Assembly (NCBI GenBank): GCA_015063495.1
Contig: SVUB01000003.1
Location: forward strand, 1 to 47,266
Origin: Oscillospiraceae bacterium
Lineage (GTDB): Bacteria; Bacillota; Clostridia; Oscillospirales; CAG-272
Direction of reading: 5' to 3'
DNA: 47,266 nucleotides
The notes beneath the pieces were generated by a model. That model had not been told where the DNA came from. It saw only the letters and a list, made by a program, of their open reading frames with translations, and did not search any database. Each line of letters begins with the position of its first letter. Within the stretch, counting starts at the first letter, position 1. The position numbers were made by a program, and so were the translations under genes. Of the stretch, positions 10,001 through 17,793 are shown in pieces.

Positions 10001-10366
10001 ATTTTTCAGAGCTTCACGGTTCTTTTCCTCTTGCTCGGCAGCACTTGACAGCTTTCTCTCAAGATCGAGTATCTTATTCGCGAGCTCCGAAGTGCCGGCG
10101 GCGTGCTGTCCGTTTTCCTTGGTCAGCGCTTGAAGCTCTCTCTTGAGATTGGATATCTGAGCTCTATAAGTGTCCTGCTGTTTAAGGCATTTAGCCATTG
10201 CCGCTTCTTGCTTCTGATAAGCGGATATATTGCTTTGCTGTTTACTGAGATTTTGAATTTCTTTTTGCGTTTCAATGAGGTTTTTTTGTGCTGTGCTAAA
10301 GGTGTTTCCAAAGCTCGAAGAAAGCTGTGCGCCTACCTTTAGCATCATTTCATATACGGTTGCCAA
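7061..10366 (-). CDS. Tape measure protein
   Basis: About 1100 aa, helical and Ala/Glu-rich with a hydrophobic segment and C-terminal GYASGT...VGENGPE; likely TTG start at 10366 after GAGGTGA RBS (ORF track start 10399). Confidence 0.9.
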   Translation of the reverse strand: MATVYEMMLKVGAQLSSSFGNTFSTAQKNLIETQKEIQNLSKQQSNISAYQKQEAAMAKCLKQQDTYRAQISNLKRELQALTKENGQHAAGTSELANKILDLERKLSSAAEQEEKNREALKNMGKELKDAGINTKALGDEIDKIQGKIGDLKKKQDETAESSEELGDKGANAFKEVGEALAAAGILKMLKEGYDLMVDLTKGSASYADEIGTVSVQYSIAAEDLQAFYYAAELVDVSAETLTSTMSRNIRAMNSARDGTESYVEAYEKLGIKVTDADGQLRDSETVYWEVIDALGAMENETERDAVAIELLGRSAQQVNTLVAAGSGVIKEYAAEAKRAGYVMNDETLAACMALDDELQKQNSNMTALKNTVGGQLAPMYTKLKEVENEALVALTGFVDEHPELVRGVTAGATVMGTATAGFVAFTGIVTKVIPLLKGLGVAMSSAIPGIGPILAITAVIAGLAGIVEATVSEAEDATAIYKDLTATSRKQAIELDALKAEYQALTEVEGENTYEAWLLEEQIKSLTEEYEASRQTAEAHKEELISIAKILNATSEEYEKNIESIDNEYESSIALINKLEELGMESETVAGKQALIKPIVDELNSRYENLGLTIDSITGKLNIPTEKLRELAAAEAAKDTNKADWDNYVDNVGYIGAYSKDYEDAIKELQSLKDEYDESEKALNDHIKANETNFNMTDDDLRKFNEESYRLAEVRDKAKKAWEDYRDIHKSEEDGIIFKYEKALRVVEEFEEKYEGMSRSAVEASGDMISKVEELGKSYIEIYQEIYDAAYESITGQFALWDNAADVVPKSIEDINNALATQAAYWSDYNKDMSELLDRGEDIDGLAEVIASFADGSPDSVNAIAGMAAASDEELRLMVGNYSKMKEQQDEAAKSLAQATSEELQAIEKQMRETVEELNLSEEMEVAAKASMDAYINALLEGSEEAADILNDLASVFGKKEIQWEKQNSHFENEWRTWSMLPSGYASGTDYASPGVHIVGENGPEIIDFGGGEAVYNAIETERMLRTLINTYNSFSSDVLPSSLSIGNSAGRVEISISPIFNISGDENAADKLEEYGDIIADKVLEKLSEIGIDAKRGAFV

Positions 10367-10370
10367 ATCT

Positions 10371-10553
10371 TCACCTCTTGTTCTTTGTTTCTTCCGCAAG
10401 GTCTATGTATGATCTTGCCCATTCTTTAAGTTCTCGCAAAGGCAGAGAAAGCCAATACGGAACCGGTGTATGTGTTTCTCTCGACAATATCAAGCATAGC
10501 CTCATAAGTTCGTCGCAGCTGTCGTTTTTTACAACTCCGACTTCAGCAAAAAA
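10371..10553 (-). CDS. -1 frameshift extension of the tail assembly chaperone (P2 E'/lambda GT-like)
   Basis: Slippery TTTTTTG at 10553-10547; -1 frame open FFAEVGVVKNDSCDELMRLCLILSRETHTPVPYWLSLPLRELKEWARSYIDLAEETKNKR* to 10371, filling the gap before the tape measure gene. Confidence 0.75.
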   Translation of the reverse strand, partial: FFAEVGVVKNDSCDELMRLCLILSRETHTPVPYWLSLPLRELKEWARSYIDLAEETKNKR

Positions 10554-10933
10554 GCCTTTGCCCTGCCTGTGAGCTTATTGAAATCATACATCGACACGTT
10601 ATCAAAGAAATCTGCGCCGATTTTTTCCTCGCAAGCCCTCACAACTACTCTTACAAGATATTCCTCGGAGAGCGTCGGAACGAGCACGGTTATACCGAGG
10701 GTCTGAAGCTCTCTGCTTATAGCCCTTGAATCTTTTCCTGTGAGCTTATCAAAGTCTATATTGAGGGCCTTTATCTCGGTTTCGCCGTATTTAACAGGCT
10801 TTTTCAGTGTATACGTAAGCCTTGTTCCTACGTTTTCTATATCATCGGTCTCTTCGTTAAAATTATCGAGAATCTTATTATCTTCATCATCGGTCTCTTC
10901 GTTAAAATTATCGAGAATCTTATTTTCTTCCAT
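10529..10933 (-). CDS. Tail assembly chaperone (Mu gp41/P2 gpE-like)
   Basis: LKKPVKYGETEIKALNIDFDKLTGKD; lies between tube and tape measure genes. Confidence 0.85.
   Translation of the reverse strand: MEENKILDNFNEETDDEDNKILDNFNEETDDIENVGTRLTYTLKKPVKYGETEIKALNIDFDKLTGKDSRAISRELQTLGITVLVPTLSEEYLVRVVVRACEEKIGADFFDNVSMYDFNKLTGRAKAFLLKSEL
10841..10930. repeat. 45-bp tandem duplication (2 copies, 1 mismatch)
   Basis: atcatcggtctcttcgttaaaattatcgagaatcttatt(a/t)tcttc at 10841 and 10886; encodes NKILDNFNEETDD twice. Confidence 0.95.
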
Positions 10934-10960
10934 GGTTATAACTCCTTTATAAATAAATTT

Positions 10961-10986
10961 CGGAGAAGGGCTTTTGCCCTCCTCCG
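10961..10986 (-). terminator. Hairpin after the tail tube gene (weak terminator or mRNA stabiliser)
   Basis: CGGAGGAGGGC-AAAA-GCCCTTCTCCG followed by an AT-rich tract. Confidence 0.5.
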
Positions 10987-10996
10987 TTTCAAAAAA

Positions 10997-11509
10997 TTAC
11001 TTACCGAGCGCACTGCGCACTTCGGCGAGACTGTCGGTGCCGTCTGCACCAACGTCTTTAAAGTTTACGGGATCTATATCGCGGACGAGAATGCCGTCGA
11101 TATAGTCCTTGCGAGCGAGTACGCTGTATTCGCCCGAAATGCTCTGAGGAGTAGCGGGAGCAACGTCACCGCCACCGAGCTTCTTGGGAATGATATCAAG
11201 GATATGCTTATACGCTTTAACCTTGAGAGCCCCGGACGTACTATCATATTCTTCGTGTGCCGCACGGAGATCTATCGTATGCTTGCGGTTTTCTGCGAGC
11301 TTATATGCCGCTTCGGTCGCATCAGTAAATGTTATTGTGGCGGTCATTGCGTTTCTGTGTCCGGGTACGGGAAGATCTATATCACCTGCAATGCCTGCGC
11401 CGTTTACGGTAAAAGTCTTATTTTCGGTATCGGGAAGCGTTACCTTCGCAACTCCGAGATATTCACTGCCGTTTTCATATACGGCAAAATTTATTACACC
11501 GGCTTTCAT
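10997..11509 (-). CDS. Major tail tube protein (P2 FII-like)
   Basis: NFAVYENGSEYLGVAKVTLP...GAGIAGDID...G.D.LAEVRSALG. Confidence 0.9.
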   Translation of the reverse strand: MKAGVINFAVYENGSEYLGVAKVTLPDTENKTFTVNGAGIAGDIDLPVPGHRNAMTATITFTDATEAAYKLAENRKHTIDLRAAHEEYDSTSGALKVKAYKHILDIIPKKLGGGDVAPATPQSISGEYSVLARKDYIDGILVRDIDPVNFKDVGADGTDSLAEVRSALGK

Positions 11510-11521
11510 TTGTTACCTCCT

Positions 11522-12943
11522 TTAACCGTTAAGCGAAGATACGAGAGTATCTACGTCAAATTCGGAATACATATTGATCTGCTGCATAGGTACGGGCGAT
11601 GCGAACGTGGTATCAAGACGGATCTTTCCTCCAACGAGAGAAGCCGCAGGGTTATTGTCCGCGATATACTCGATCTGTCCACCATAGAGCTTGCCCTCGT
11701 GAATAAGTCCAGCCAGCCAAGAATTAAAGCTGTTGACAATAGAGTCGATCCTGACTCTCGTCATAGGCTTATCTATCTCGCTCCAGAAAGTATTTGTGAA
11801 GGTGTTATTTATCCAGTCATGCATACGGTTTGTGCAAATAAAGTATTCTGCAACGTCCGCACTTGCGGGATAGCACGCTGTATGATTGCCCCAAAGCACC
11901 CAACCGTCGAAATTGAATGCTGTTACTACACCTGCGGTAGTAGATACGATATCTGCCTGTGCAAGTGTCAGGTTGATATCCTCACCTGCTTCGTTGCAAA
12001 GTCCGGATATGGAAAGAGATTTGTTTGAGGGGGATTCATAAGGACATCCGCCGTTTTCGGTGTCAACGCTTGCAATTTGGCCGCATACGATAACCGACAT
12101 ATCGAAGAGATAGTCGCCAACCTTAGCGATACCCCAAGCGTCTATCATATTTTCATCCGTATATCCGTTATCGTTCTTCCACTTAAGTACCTTATCGTAT
12201 GTAGGTGCGCCTGTAGCAGAGCTGTCGATATCGCATACAGCCTTGCCATAGAATAGACCACCGATAGAAGGTGCCTTTGCTGCCATAACCGCTGCAACGC
12301 TGGGAAGCTTGGAATAACCGGGAGCGCAGATAAGATCGGGAATGATACCGAGAACTGTCTTGCAGAGATCAGCCTTCTCGATAGCCGCTTCAATATCAGT
12401 TGCTTTGATTGCAGAAGGATCTGCGGTCTTGCCCGATACGGTAAGAGATGTCGCTTCATAACCTGCGCCTTCCTTCAAAAGCTCTATAAAACATCCGTCA
12501 TCATAGATGATCTCATAGTCTGTACCCTCTGAAAGGGCCGTTTCCCCCGCCTTAACGATAAGATCGGTGGCTATAACGTCTGCAGAAAGCTTTGCAATAT
12601 GATTTTCGACCTCAACAGAAGTCTCAGCCATCGCCTCTGTGTGCTTTGAAGGATCAAAGACATTGATAAAGATCGCTGGGGACATTCCAAAAAGCTTGAA
12701 ATGCGAATACATAGCCTGACAGAGGTTCCATTTAGGAGAAAAATCGGAATTTCTCCATTCGTTGCTATATCCGCCCTTTTCCTTTGCCTCCGCAAAGCTC
12801 GTTGCAAGGACGGGAGTATCGACATAGCCTGCCGCCATATGACAAGGCCACGCTCCGATGAAAAGCGGAATACCTACAGCTGCAGTCTTTACAGCTGAAA
12901 AGGATGTGTCGCTTTTGTAAGTGTTGATTCCATGGTTAAGCAT
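11522..12943 (-). CDS. Tail sheath protein
   Basis: HGINTY, PDLICAPG, PYESPSNK, GWVLWGNHTACYP, RMHDWI. Confidence 0.92.
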   Translation of the reverse strand: MLNHGINTYKSDTSFSAVKTAAVGIPLFIGAWPCHMAAGYVDTPVLATSFAEAKEKGGYSNEWRNSDFSPKWNLCQAMYSHFKLFGMSPAIFINVFDPSKHTEAMAETSVEVENHIAKLSADVIATDLIVKAGETALSEGTDYEIIYDDGCFIELLKEGAGYEATSLTVSGKTADPSAIKATDIEAAIEKADLCKTVLGIIPDLICAPGYSKLPSVAAVMAAKAPSIGGLFYGKAVCDIDSSATGAPTYDKVLKWKNDNGYTDENMIDAWGIAKVGDYLFDMSVIVCGQIASVDTENGGCPYESPSNKSLSISGLCNEAGEDINLTLAQADIVSTTAGVVTAFNFDGWVLWGNHTACYPASADVAEYFICTNRMHDWINNTFTNTFWSEIDKPMTRVRIDSIVNSFNSWLAGLIHEGKLYGGQIEYIADNNPAASLVGGKIRLDTTFASPVPMQQINMYSEFDVDTLVSSLNG

Positions 12944-12949
12944 AGATTA

Positions 12950-13237
12950 TCATTCCTTTCTTGTAAGTTTTTCGACAACCGCACGGTAAGCAAGGCTTAC
13001 AGTGTTGCCGCCTTCTTTGATTTTCTTTTTTGCGGACATTATATCGCTATCCGCTACGATAAGCCTTTCTATCTTGGAGCAAAATTCAATTGCGGCAGAA
13101 TTCTTTTTTAGCGCCTCCTCTCGGGTACCTGCAAAAATGCTGCCGTTTTGAATAACGCCTCTGATAGAAGGCCCAATATAAACATAAATACCGCTTTTTT
13201 CTTCGGAAGCGGTATTTTTCTTTAAGGTTTTAGCCAT
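12950..13237 (-). CDS. Hypothetical tail-region protein
   Basis: YIGPSIRGVIQNGSIF motif; directly upstream of the sheath gene. Confidence 0.65.
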   Translation of the reverse strand: MAKTLKKNTASEEKSGIYVYIGPSIRGVIQNGSIFAGTREEALKKNSAAIEFCSKIERLIVADSDIMSAKKKIKEGGNTVSLAYRAVVEKLTRKE

Positions 13238-13719
13238 GTTTCGGCCTCTCTTTCTATGGGTGGAATTAAAAATGTACCTATCATCTCTCCGGCATAGTAA
13301 GGAGCTGTATCCTCGTTATAGATAAGCCATTCAAGTTTTTCCTCGGTGTCGAGTTTGAAGCACCCACCTATTACGATGTGACGCAAGAGATCCATACGAA
13401 CCTTTTCTATGACATTGAGCAAGGCCACTGCGCCCTCCTGTTCATCTTCATGGTAAACGCAAAATATCAAGCGTATATTGACCGACGCCTGAGCGTTTTC
13501 ACCTTTTACTTGCTTGTGTGCACCGTTTTCAAGCTGTATGATGATATAGGGGGCTTTCTTTTTCGCTTCTCCGCTGCTGTCAAGGCGAAGTTTATAGACA
13601 TTCGGAGCTCGGAAGATCTCTTCCGTATCTCCCTCCTGTACCCTCTCGGGCAGAGAAAAATCCTTCACCGAATTTTCAATGAAAGATTTTAGTTTATCAA
13701 TGAGTATAGCTGCTGTCAT
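13222..13719 (-). CDS. Putative tail terminator/completion protein
   Basis: APYIIIQL...IRLIFCVY..D..EG...LLNVIEKVR; position in the neck region. Confidence 0.6.
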   Translation of the reverse strand: MTAAILIDKLKSFIENSVKDFSLPERVQEGDTEEIFRAPNVYKLRLDSSGEAKKKAPYIIIQLENGAHKQVKGENAQASVNIRLIFCVYHEDEQEGAVALLNVIEKVRMDLLRHIVIGGCFKLDTEEKLEWLIYNEDTAPYYAGEMIGTFLIPPIEREAETWLKP

Positions 13720-14327
13720 TGTTTACCCTCCCAACCGTTCATTACTCGCAGCATTTCATGCTCGATTCTTTTGTCAAATGTTTCTCGCATATGATTTGCG
13801 ATCGACTCCGAAACATCATCGTTTGCATCCATCATCTGGGGTGTAGCGGGGCCGTATAACTGACGCAAAGGGAAACGTGCATCTCCCTTTCGTTCATAGA
13901 TGCCTACTACACCGCCAAACATAGCAGTAAATGCATTGTTCAGAGTTTCACGAGCGGATGAACGTTTTACTCTGGATACTACCTTGCCGTCTTTATCATA
14001 ATGGGTGTCAAAACGCACAAGCGGAATATGGGTGCCGTGATATTTGATGCTTACCTCAGTACCTGCCGACGTAGCACTTATCTGCTTACTCGACTTTGTG
14101 TATTCCTTAAAATCCGATGCGCCGATATGATACTCACTTCTGACTGCTCGTGCGGCAAAGGCTTCACCCGAAGATGAAGCCCTTTTAAGTGCTGAGCCTA
14201 TTGCTTTCTTTGCGCCTCCGGGAATACCTGCAAGGATCTTTGTTACACGGTCGAGGGATGTTGCACCGATATCATCTATCCATATCTCGCGGTCTTTATT
14301 TCCTGATGAACTATACACATTACTCAT
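13716..14327 (-). CDS. Minor tail protein (lambda gpZ-like)
   Basis: AIGSALKRA...GIYERKGDARFPLRQLYGPATPQM; start MSNVYSS at 14327. Confidence 0.75.
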   Translation of the reverse strand: MSNVYSSSGNKDREIWIDDIGATSLDRVTKILAGIPGGAKKAIGSALKRASSSGEAFAARAVRSEYHIGASDFKEYTKSSKQISATSAGTEVSIKYHGTHIPLVRFDTHYDKDGKVVSRVKRSSARETLNNAFTAMFGGVVGIYERKGDARFPLRQLYGPATPQMMDANDDVSESIANHMRETFDKRIEHEMLRVMNGWEGKQ

Positions 14328-14679
14328 CGTAAGCCTCCAATTCAAGGGTCACCATGCCAACCTCGCATTTTGAGGTAGCTATCTTGAAAACCGAAAAGAG
14401 CGGTTTACCGAGCGCTTTTCCCGTATCTAAAGATATTCTCTGACCTTTTTCGGGCGTTCTTCCTCCGAGATCGCTCTTTGCAACATAAAGGACTGCGGTT
14501 ATTCCGAAAGTCCCCTCCATATTCCGCACTTTTTTGTCGAGTTCTTTGACTTTTATAAAGAGGACGGAAATATCAGCGTATTCCTTGCCGTCATACCTTA
14601 CCGTGTGTTTTTCGGCAAATTCTGAATCGTTTAAGAATATGGCTTTATTATCTGCCTCTACCATGTCTTTGAAACTCAT
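14320..14679 (-). CDS. Head-tail joining protein (FII-like)
   Basis: MSFKDMVEADNKAIFLNDSEFAEKH signature; gene position. Confidence 0.65.
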   Translation of the reverse strand: MSFKDMVEADNKAIFLNDSEFAEKHTVRYDGKEYADISVLFIKVKELDKKVRNMEGTFGITAVLYVAKSDLGGRTPEKGQRISLDTGKALGKPLFSVFKIATSKCEVGMVTLELEAYDE

Positions 14680-15071
14680 AAAACGGGGCTCTCCACGTCA
14701 AGAGTGGGGATTTCATTCGCTTCATTAAGAAGATTTGCCATATCCTCTTTTGAACTGCCGAACGGAATTGTAACTCCGAGTTCCTTGGCGGCTTTTCTTA
14801 AATCACCAACTGACATATCGGGACTATAAGTGATTTTTGAAGCATTCTCCGGCGTAGAAGCTGAATTTTCGATATCCTCGTTATCGGGAACGGCGTTACT
14901 TTTCTTATGAAATTCGGGTGTTCCGTCAACATACATCGCCACCCCCAGAGATACAAGGCGCTCCGCTTCTGCATCGCTGACCTCGAAAGGCGGGTCTTTC
15001 TCACTTTTCGGAATGTTCAAAATGCCCTCTCTGTGACCATAGCAACCGCTGATTATTTTGATCTTACTCAT
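14676..15071 (-). CDS. Hypothetical head-associated protein (HeH/Rho-N-like C-terminus)
   Basis: Follows the capsid gene; FEVSDAEAERLVSLGVA; MSVGDLRKAAKELGV...SKEDM. Confidence 0.55.
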   Translation of the reverse strand: MSKIKIISGCYGHREGILNIPKSEKDPPFEVSDAEAERLVSLGVAMYVDGTPEFHKKSNAVPDNEDIENSASTPENASKITYSPDMSVGDLRKAAKELGVTIPFGSSKEDMANLLNEANEIPTLDVESPVL

Positions 15072-15097
15072 TGTCTTGCTCCTTTCAATCGTTAGCT

Positions 15098-16177
15098 TTA
15101 AGCTATTACATTTTCTGCGTAGATATAGGGGCAGTAGTTCTTAGGGGCAGCCAGAGGTCTGCACGCAAGGCGGAGCTTGCGGATATCTCTGTCACTGTCA
15201 ACATGGAACTTCGGTACACGGGATGCCGCATATGTAGAGTAGTCCGTAGAACCGTGGTCGATCTGTGTTACCTGACCGTACATCATATGACCACAAGCAG
15301 GAGCTGTGACCATTGCGGATGTAGCCGGGAAATACTTCTGTTCAACGTCGTTTTCGTCAACGTAGCTCTCGTCAACGCTGATGAGATTGAGCTTGAAGCC
15401 ACCGAAGTTAAGCGTTCCCATATAAACAACGCCATCATAAGGTGCGAGTTCCTGCTCTATCTGACCTATAATAACACCGCTATTCTTATCGAGGAGCTTC
15501 TGAACCTTCTCAATGTTGAGAATAGCATCTGCAACGTTCGTGCCGAGCACAAGATCAGCCGCACGGAGACCACGCTTTGAAAGCATGCGACACATATTCT
15601 TTACGTCACCGAAGAAATCTCCGTTAGCAGAGTTCCAAGTGTTCGTAACGGTGTACTTATGCTCACCGGCTTTACCTTCATGGAACTGGATATAGTGCTT
15701 CTCGCCCTTTGTTTTCTCGTCGATGTATTCCTGTATTTCGCAGGCATTGTTTATCATCGTCTGAACTGCCATCCACTCTTCACGACGCGCAATGCGACTG
15801 TCGAGGTCTGTAAGGTCTTTGAGCTGAAGCTGTGCTGCACGCTGTGCGGGAGTCTGGCCGGGATAAAGAGCTTCGCCGAAACCTCTCTTGTTGAGATCAT
15901 CAAGAGTGAGCATACGGGAAGGTGCAATATATGCAGGCTCGTACTCGTTGATAGTGAAACCGAGTCTTTCGACAGGAATGTCGCCGACTCTGGGCGAAAC
16001 ATAGCAAGCCATCTTGCGGTCGCCCTTCTTATATTCGGTCAGGACCTTATCGCAAGCGAATATGTCGCTTGCTCCGGTGGGGAAATAACGATCACGGAAG
16101 AATGATGCCTGAGGCACTATTTCTTCGGCAAGTGCGATCAGCGTATAAGTATCAAAAAAGTTAATTGTTCCGGGCAT
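15098..16177 (-). CDS. Major capsid protein (lambda gpE family)
   Basis: FFRDRYFP, IARREEWMAVQ, RPLAAP motifs; follows the decoration gene. Confidence 0.9.
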   Translation of the reverse strand: MPGTINFFDTYTLIALAEEIVPQASFFRDRYFPTGASDIFACDKVLTEYKKGDRKMACYVSPRVGDIPVERLGFTINEYEPAYIAPSRMLTLDDLNKRGFGEALYPGQTPAQRAAQLQLKDLTDLDSRIARREEWMAVQTMINNACEIQEYIDEKTKGEKHYIQFHEGKAGEHKYTVTNTWNSANGDFFGDVKNMCRMLSKRGLRAADLVLGTNVADAILNIEKVQKLLDKNSGVIIGQIEQELAPYDGVVYMGTLNFGGFKLNLISVDESYVDENDVEQKYFPATSAMVTAPACGHMMYGQVTQIDHGSTDYSTYAASRVPKFHVDSDRDIRKLRLACRPLAAPKNYCPYIYAENVIA

Positions 16178-16191
16178 TGTTTTGCACCTCC

Positions 16192-16563
16192 TTAAATGTC
16201 AGAAGCGTTCTTGAACACGATTCCGTATTTACGGAGTGCGTCAATATCTTCTGCTGTTATCGTGTAATCATCTGCGACGGTTGTCTTATCGAGATCAAAG
16301 CAACCGGCTGTATAAACAGCGGTTTCAACATCTGAAGCACCAACCGTAACGTCGTCACAAAGAATAGAGTTGACCGTACCCTCGCCTGAACCAAGGACGA
16401 TGAGCTTGCCGTCTGCATTCTTTGAGAGAATAGTACCGCGTTTGAGAACGGTTTCCTTTTCAAGTGCGGCAATAGTACCGCCTCTTACTTCTGTACGAGG
16501 GGTAAGATCGGAAATGAGACCGTCATAGTTCATTTCACCGACATTTCTGTAAAGATCACTCAT
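16192..16563 (-). CDS. Head decoration protein (lambda gpD-like)
   Basis: LKRGTIL...ILCDDV...VYTAGCF...LRKYGIVFK. Confidence 0.8.
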   Translation of the reverse strand: MSDLYRNVGEMNYDGLISDLTPRTEVRGGTIAALEKETVLKRGTILSKNADGKLIVLGSGEGTVNSILCDDVTVGASDVETAVYTAGCFDLDKTTVADDYTITAEDIDALRKYGIVFKNASDI

Positions 16564-16578
16564 ATTGGTATCCTCCTT

Positions 16579-17793
16579 TTAATTTTTGCCGAGCAGGGTC
16601 TTGACGTTGGTTCTTGCATCTGCCAGCTTCTGCTCGGGAGTTGCGGGGGCATCGCCCGAGGGAGTAGTGGGAGAAGCAGTAACGGCCGCTGCGCCGGATT
16701 CTGCAAAATCAGATGCCGCATTTGCCATAAACGCAGTACCGTTCTTTGCTGCCTTTTGTGCTGCACGGAATGCCATATCAGCCGCACTGCATCTGTTTTC
16801 GCCGTACTTTGCCTCACGGACGGTCTCAGCATCGTAAAGATGTGCTATCTCGTCTATATCGGCAAGTCTCTGGCGTTCGGTATTCGCCGCATTCGCTTCG
16901 TTTGCGGCATTTTCGGAAGTCGCAGCGGCTCTTACTTCCGCTTCGACTGCACTTGCAAGCTCCGGGTTCTCTGCCCTAAGCTCTTCAAGATTTTTTGCCA
17001 TAGTTATACCTCCTTCATTTTTTGTGGTTATTTTATTTACATCGCCTTGGCCGGGCGTTGCAATCGGAATGTTTTCGGGAGCAGTCATACCGCGCGCTAA
17101 ATGCAGCTTTTGCCCTTTGACAAAAATAGCCGTGCGGTCTGCGCTCGCAGCAATATTCAAAGGCTCGGCATCTTCAATGATCTCATCTGCAAAACCTTTT
17201 TCAAAAGCCTCTCTGCCGGTCATTGTAGCCGTTTCGGACATCATATGCATGATCACAGCGTCGCTCATACCGCATTTTCTTTTATAAATTTCTACCTGAG
17301 CCTTATCCCAAGCATCACTTTCCTTTGCTTTGGAACGCATTTCGTCGGCATTATAACCACCAAACAGGAACGACCAAGCCTTATGTATCATGATAAGGCT
17401 TGACGGGTTTACTCTTACATTGTCGCAGGCGCACATAATCAGTGACCCTCCGGACATCGCTACTCCGTCCACAATACATACAGTTTGAATACCACTTGCG
17501 GAAATCTCACGCAAACGGTTGTGAATTAGAATAGAAACACCTGCATCGCCACCGTATGAATGCATACGCAAGGTGAGCTTTTTGCATCCCGAGGAAATAA
17601 TGGTATTCAGATCTGCCAAAAATTCATCTTGAATGATAAAATCCCCTTCTACAGGCTCTCCTGTCCAGTAATTGATAGGCTGACTCTCTACGATGTCACC
17701 ATACATAGAGATCTCTGCTTCGGTTCCGTTTGCGTTTGTCATTGCATAACAAGCGCGGCGAATATCGATCGGAATAAAGGTTTTATTCGGCAT
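16579..17793 (-). CDS. ClpP-like head maturation protease with scaffold C-terminus
   Basis: HSYGGD, DGVAMSGGSLI, SLIMIHKAW, EAFEKGFADEI; C-terminal ERQRLADID scaffold motif. Confidence 0.9.
   Translation of the reverse strand: MPNKTFIPIDIRRACYAMTNANGTEAEISMYGDIVESQPINYWTGEPVEGDFIIQDEFLADLNTIISSGCKKLTLRMHSYGGDAGVSILIHNRLREISASGIQTVCIVDGVAMSGGSLIMCACDNVRVNPSSLIMIHKAWSFLFGGYNADEMRSKAKESDAWDKAQVEIYKRKCGMSDAVIMHMMSETATMTGREAFEKGFADEIIEDAEPLNIAASADRTAIFVKGQKLHLARGMTAPENIPIATPGQGDVNKITTKNEGGITMAKNLEELRAENPELASAVEAEVRAAATSENAANEANAANTERQRLADIDEIAHLYDAETVREAKYGENRCSAADMAFRAAQKAAKNGTAFMANAASDFAESGAAAVTASPTTPSGDAPATPEQKLADARTNVKTLLGKN

Noticed and set aside
10841-10930. CRISPR-like repeat
   Set aside because: Two abutting copies with no spacer, in frame within a CDS; no cas genes or arrays were seen anywhere in the window.
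16560-16832. Alternative-frame ORF over the protease/scaffold C-terminus as a frameshift product
   Set aside because: No convincing slippery site or RBS; the composition is what an off-frame read of an Ala-rich region gives.
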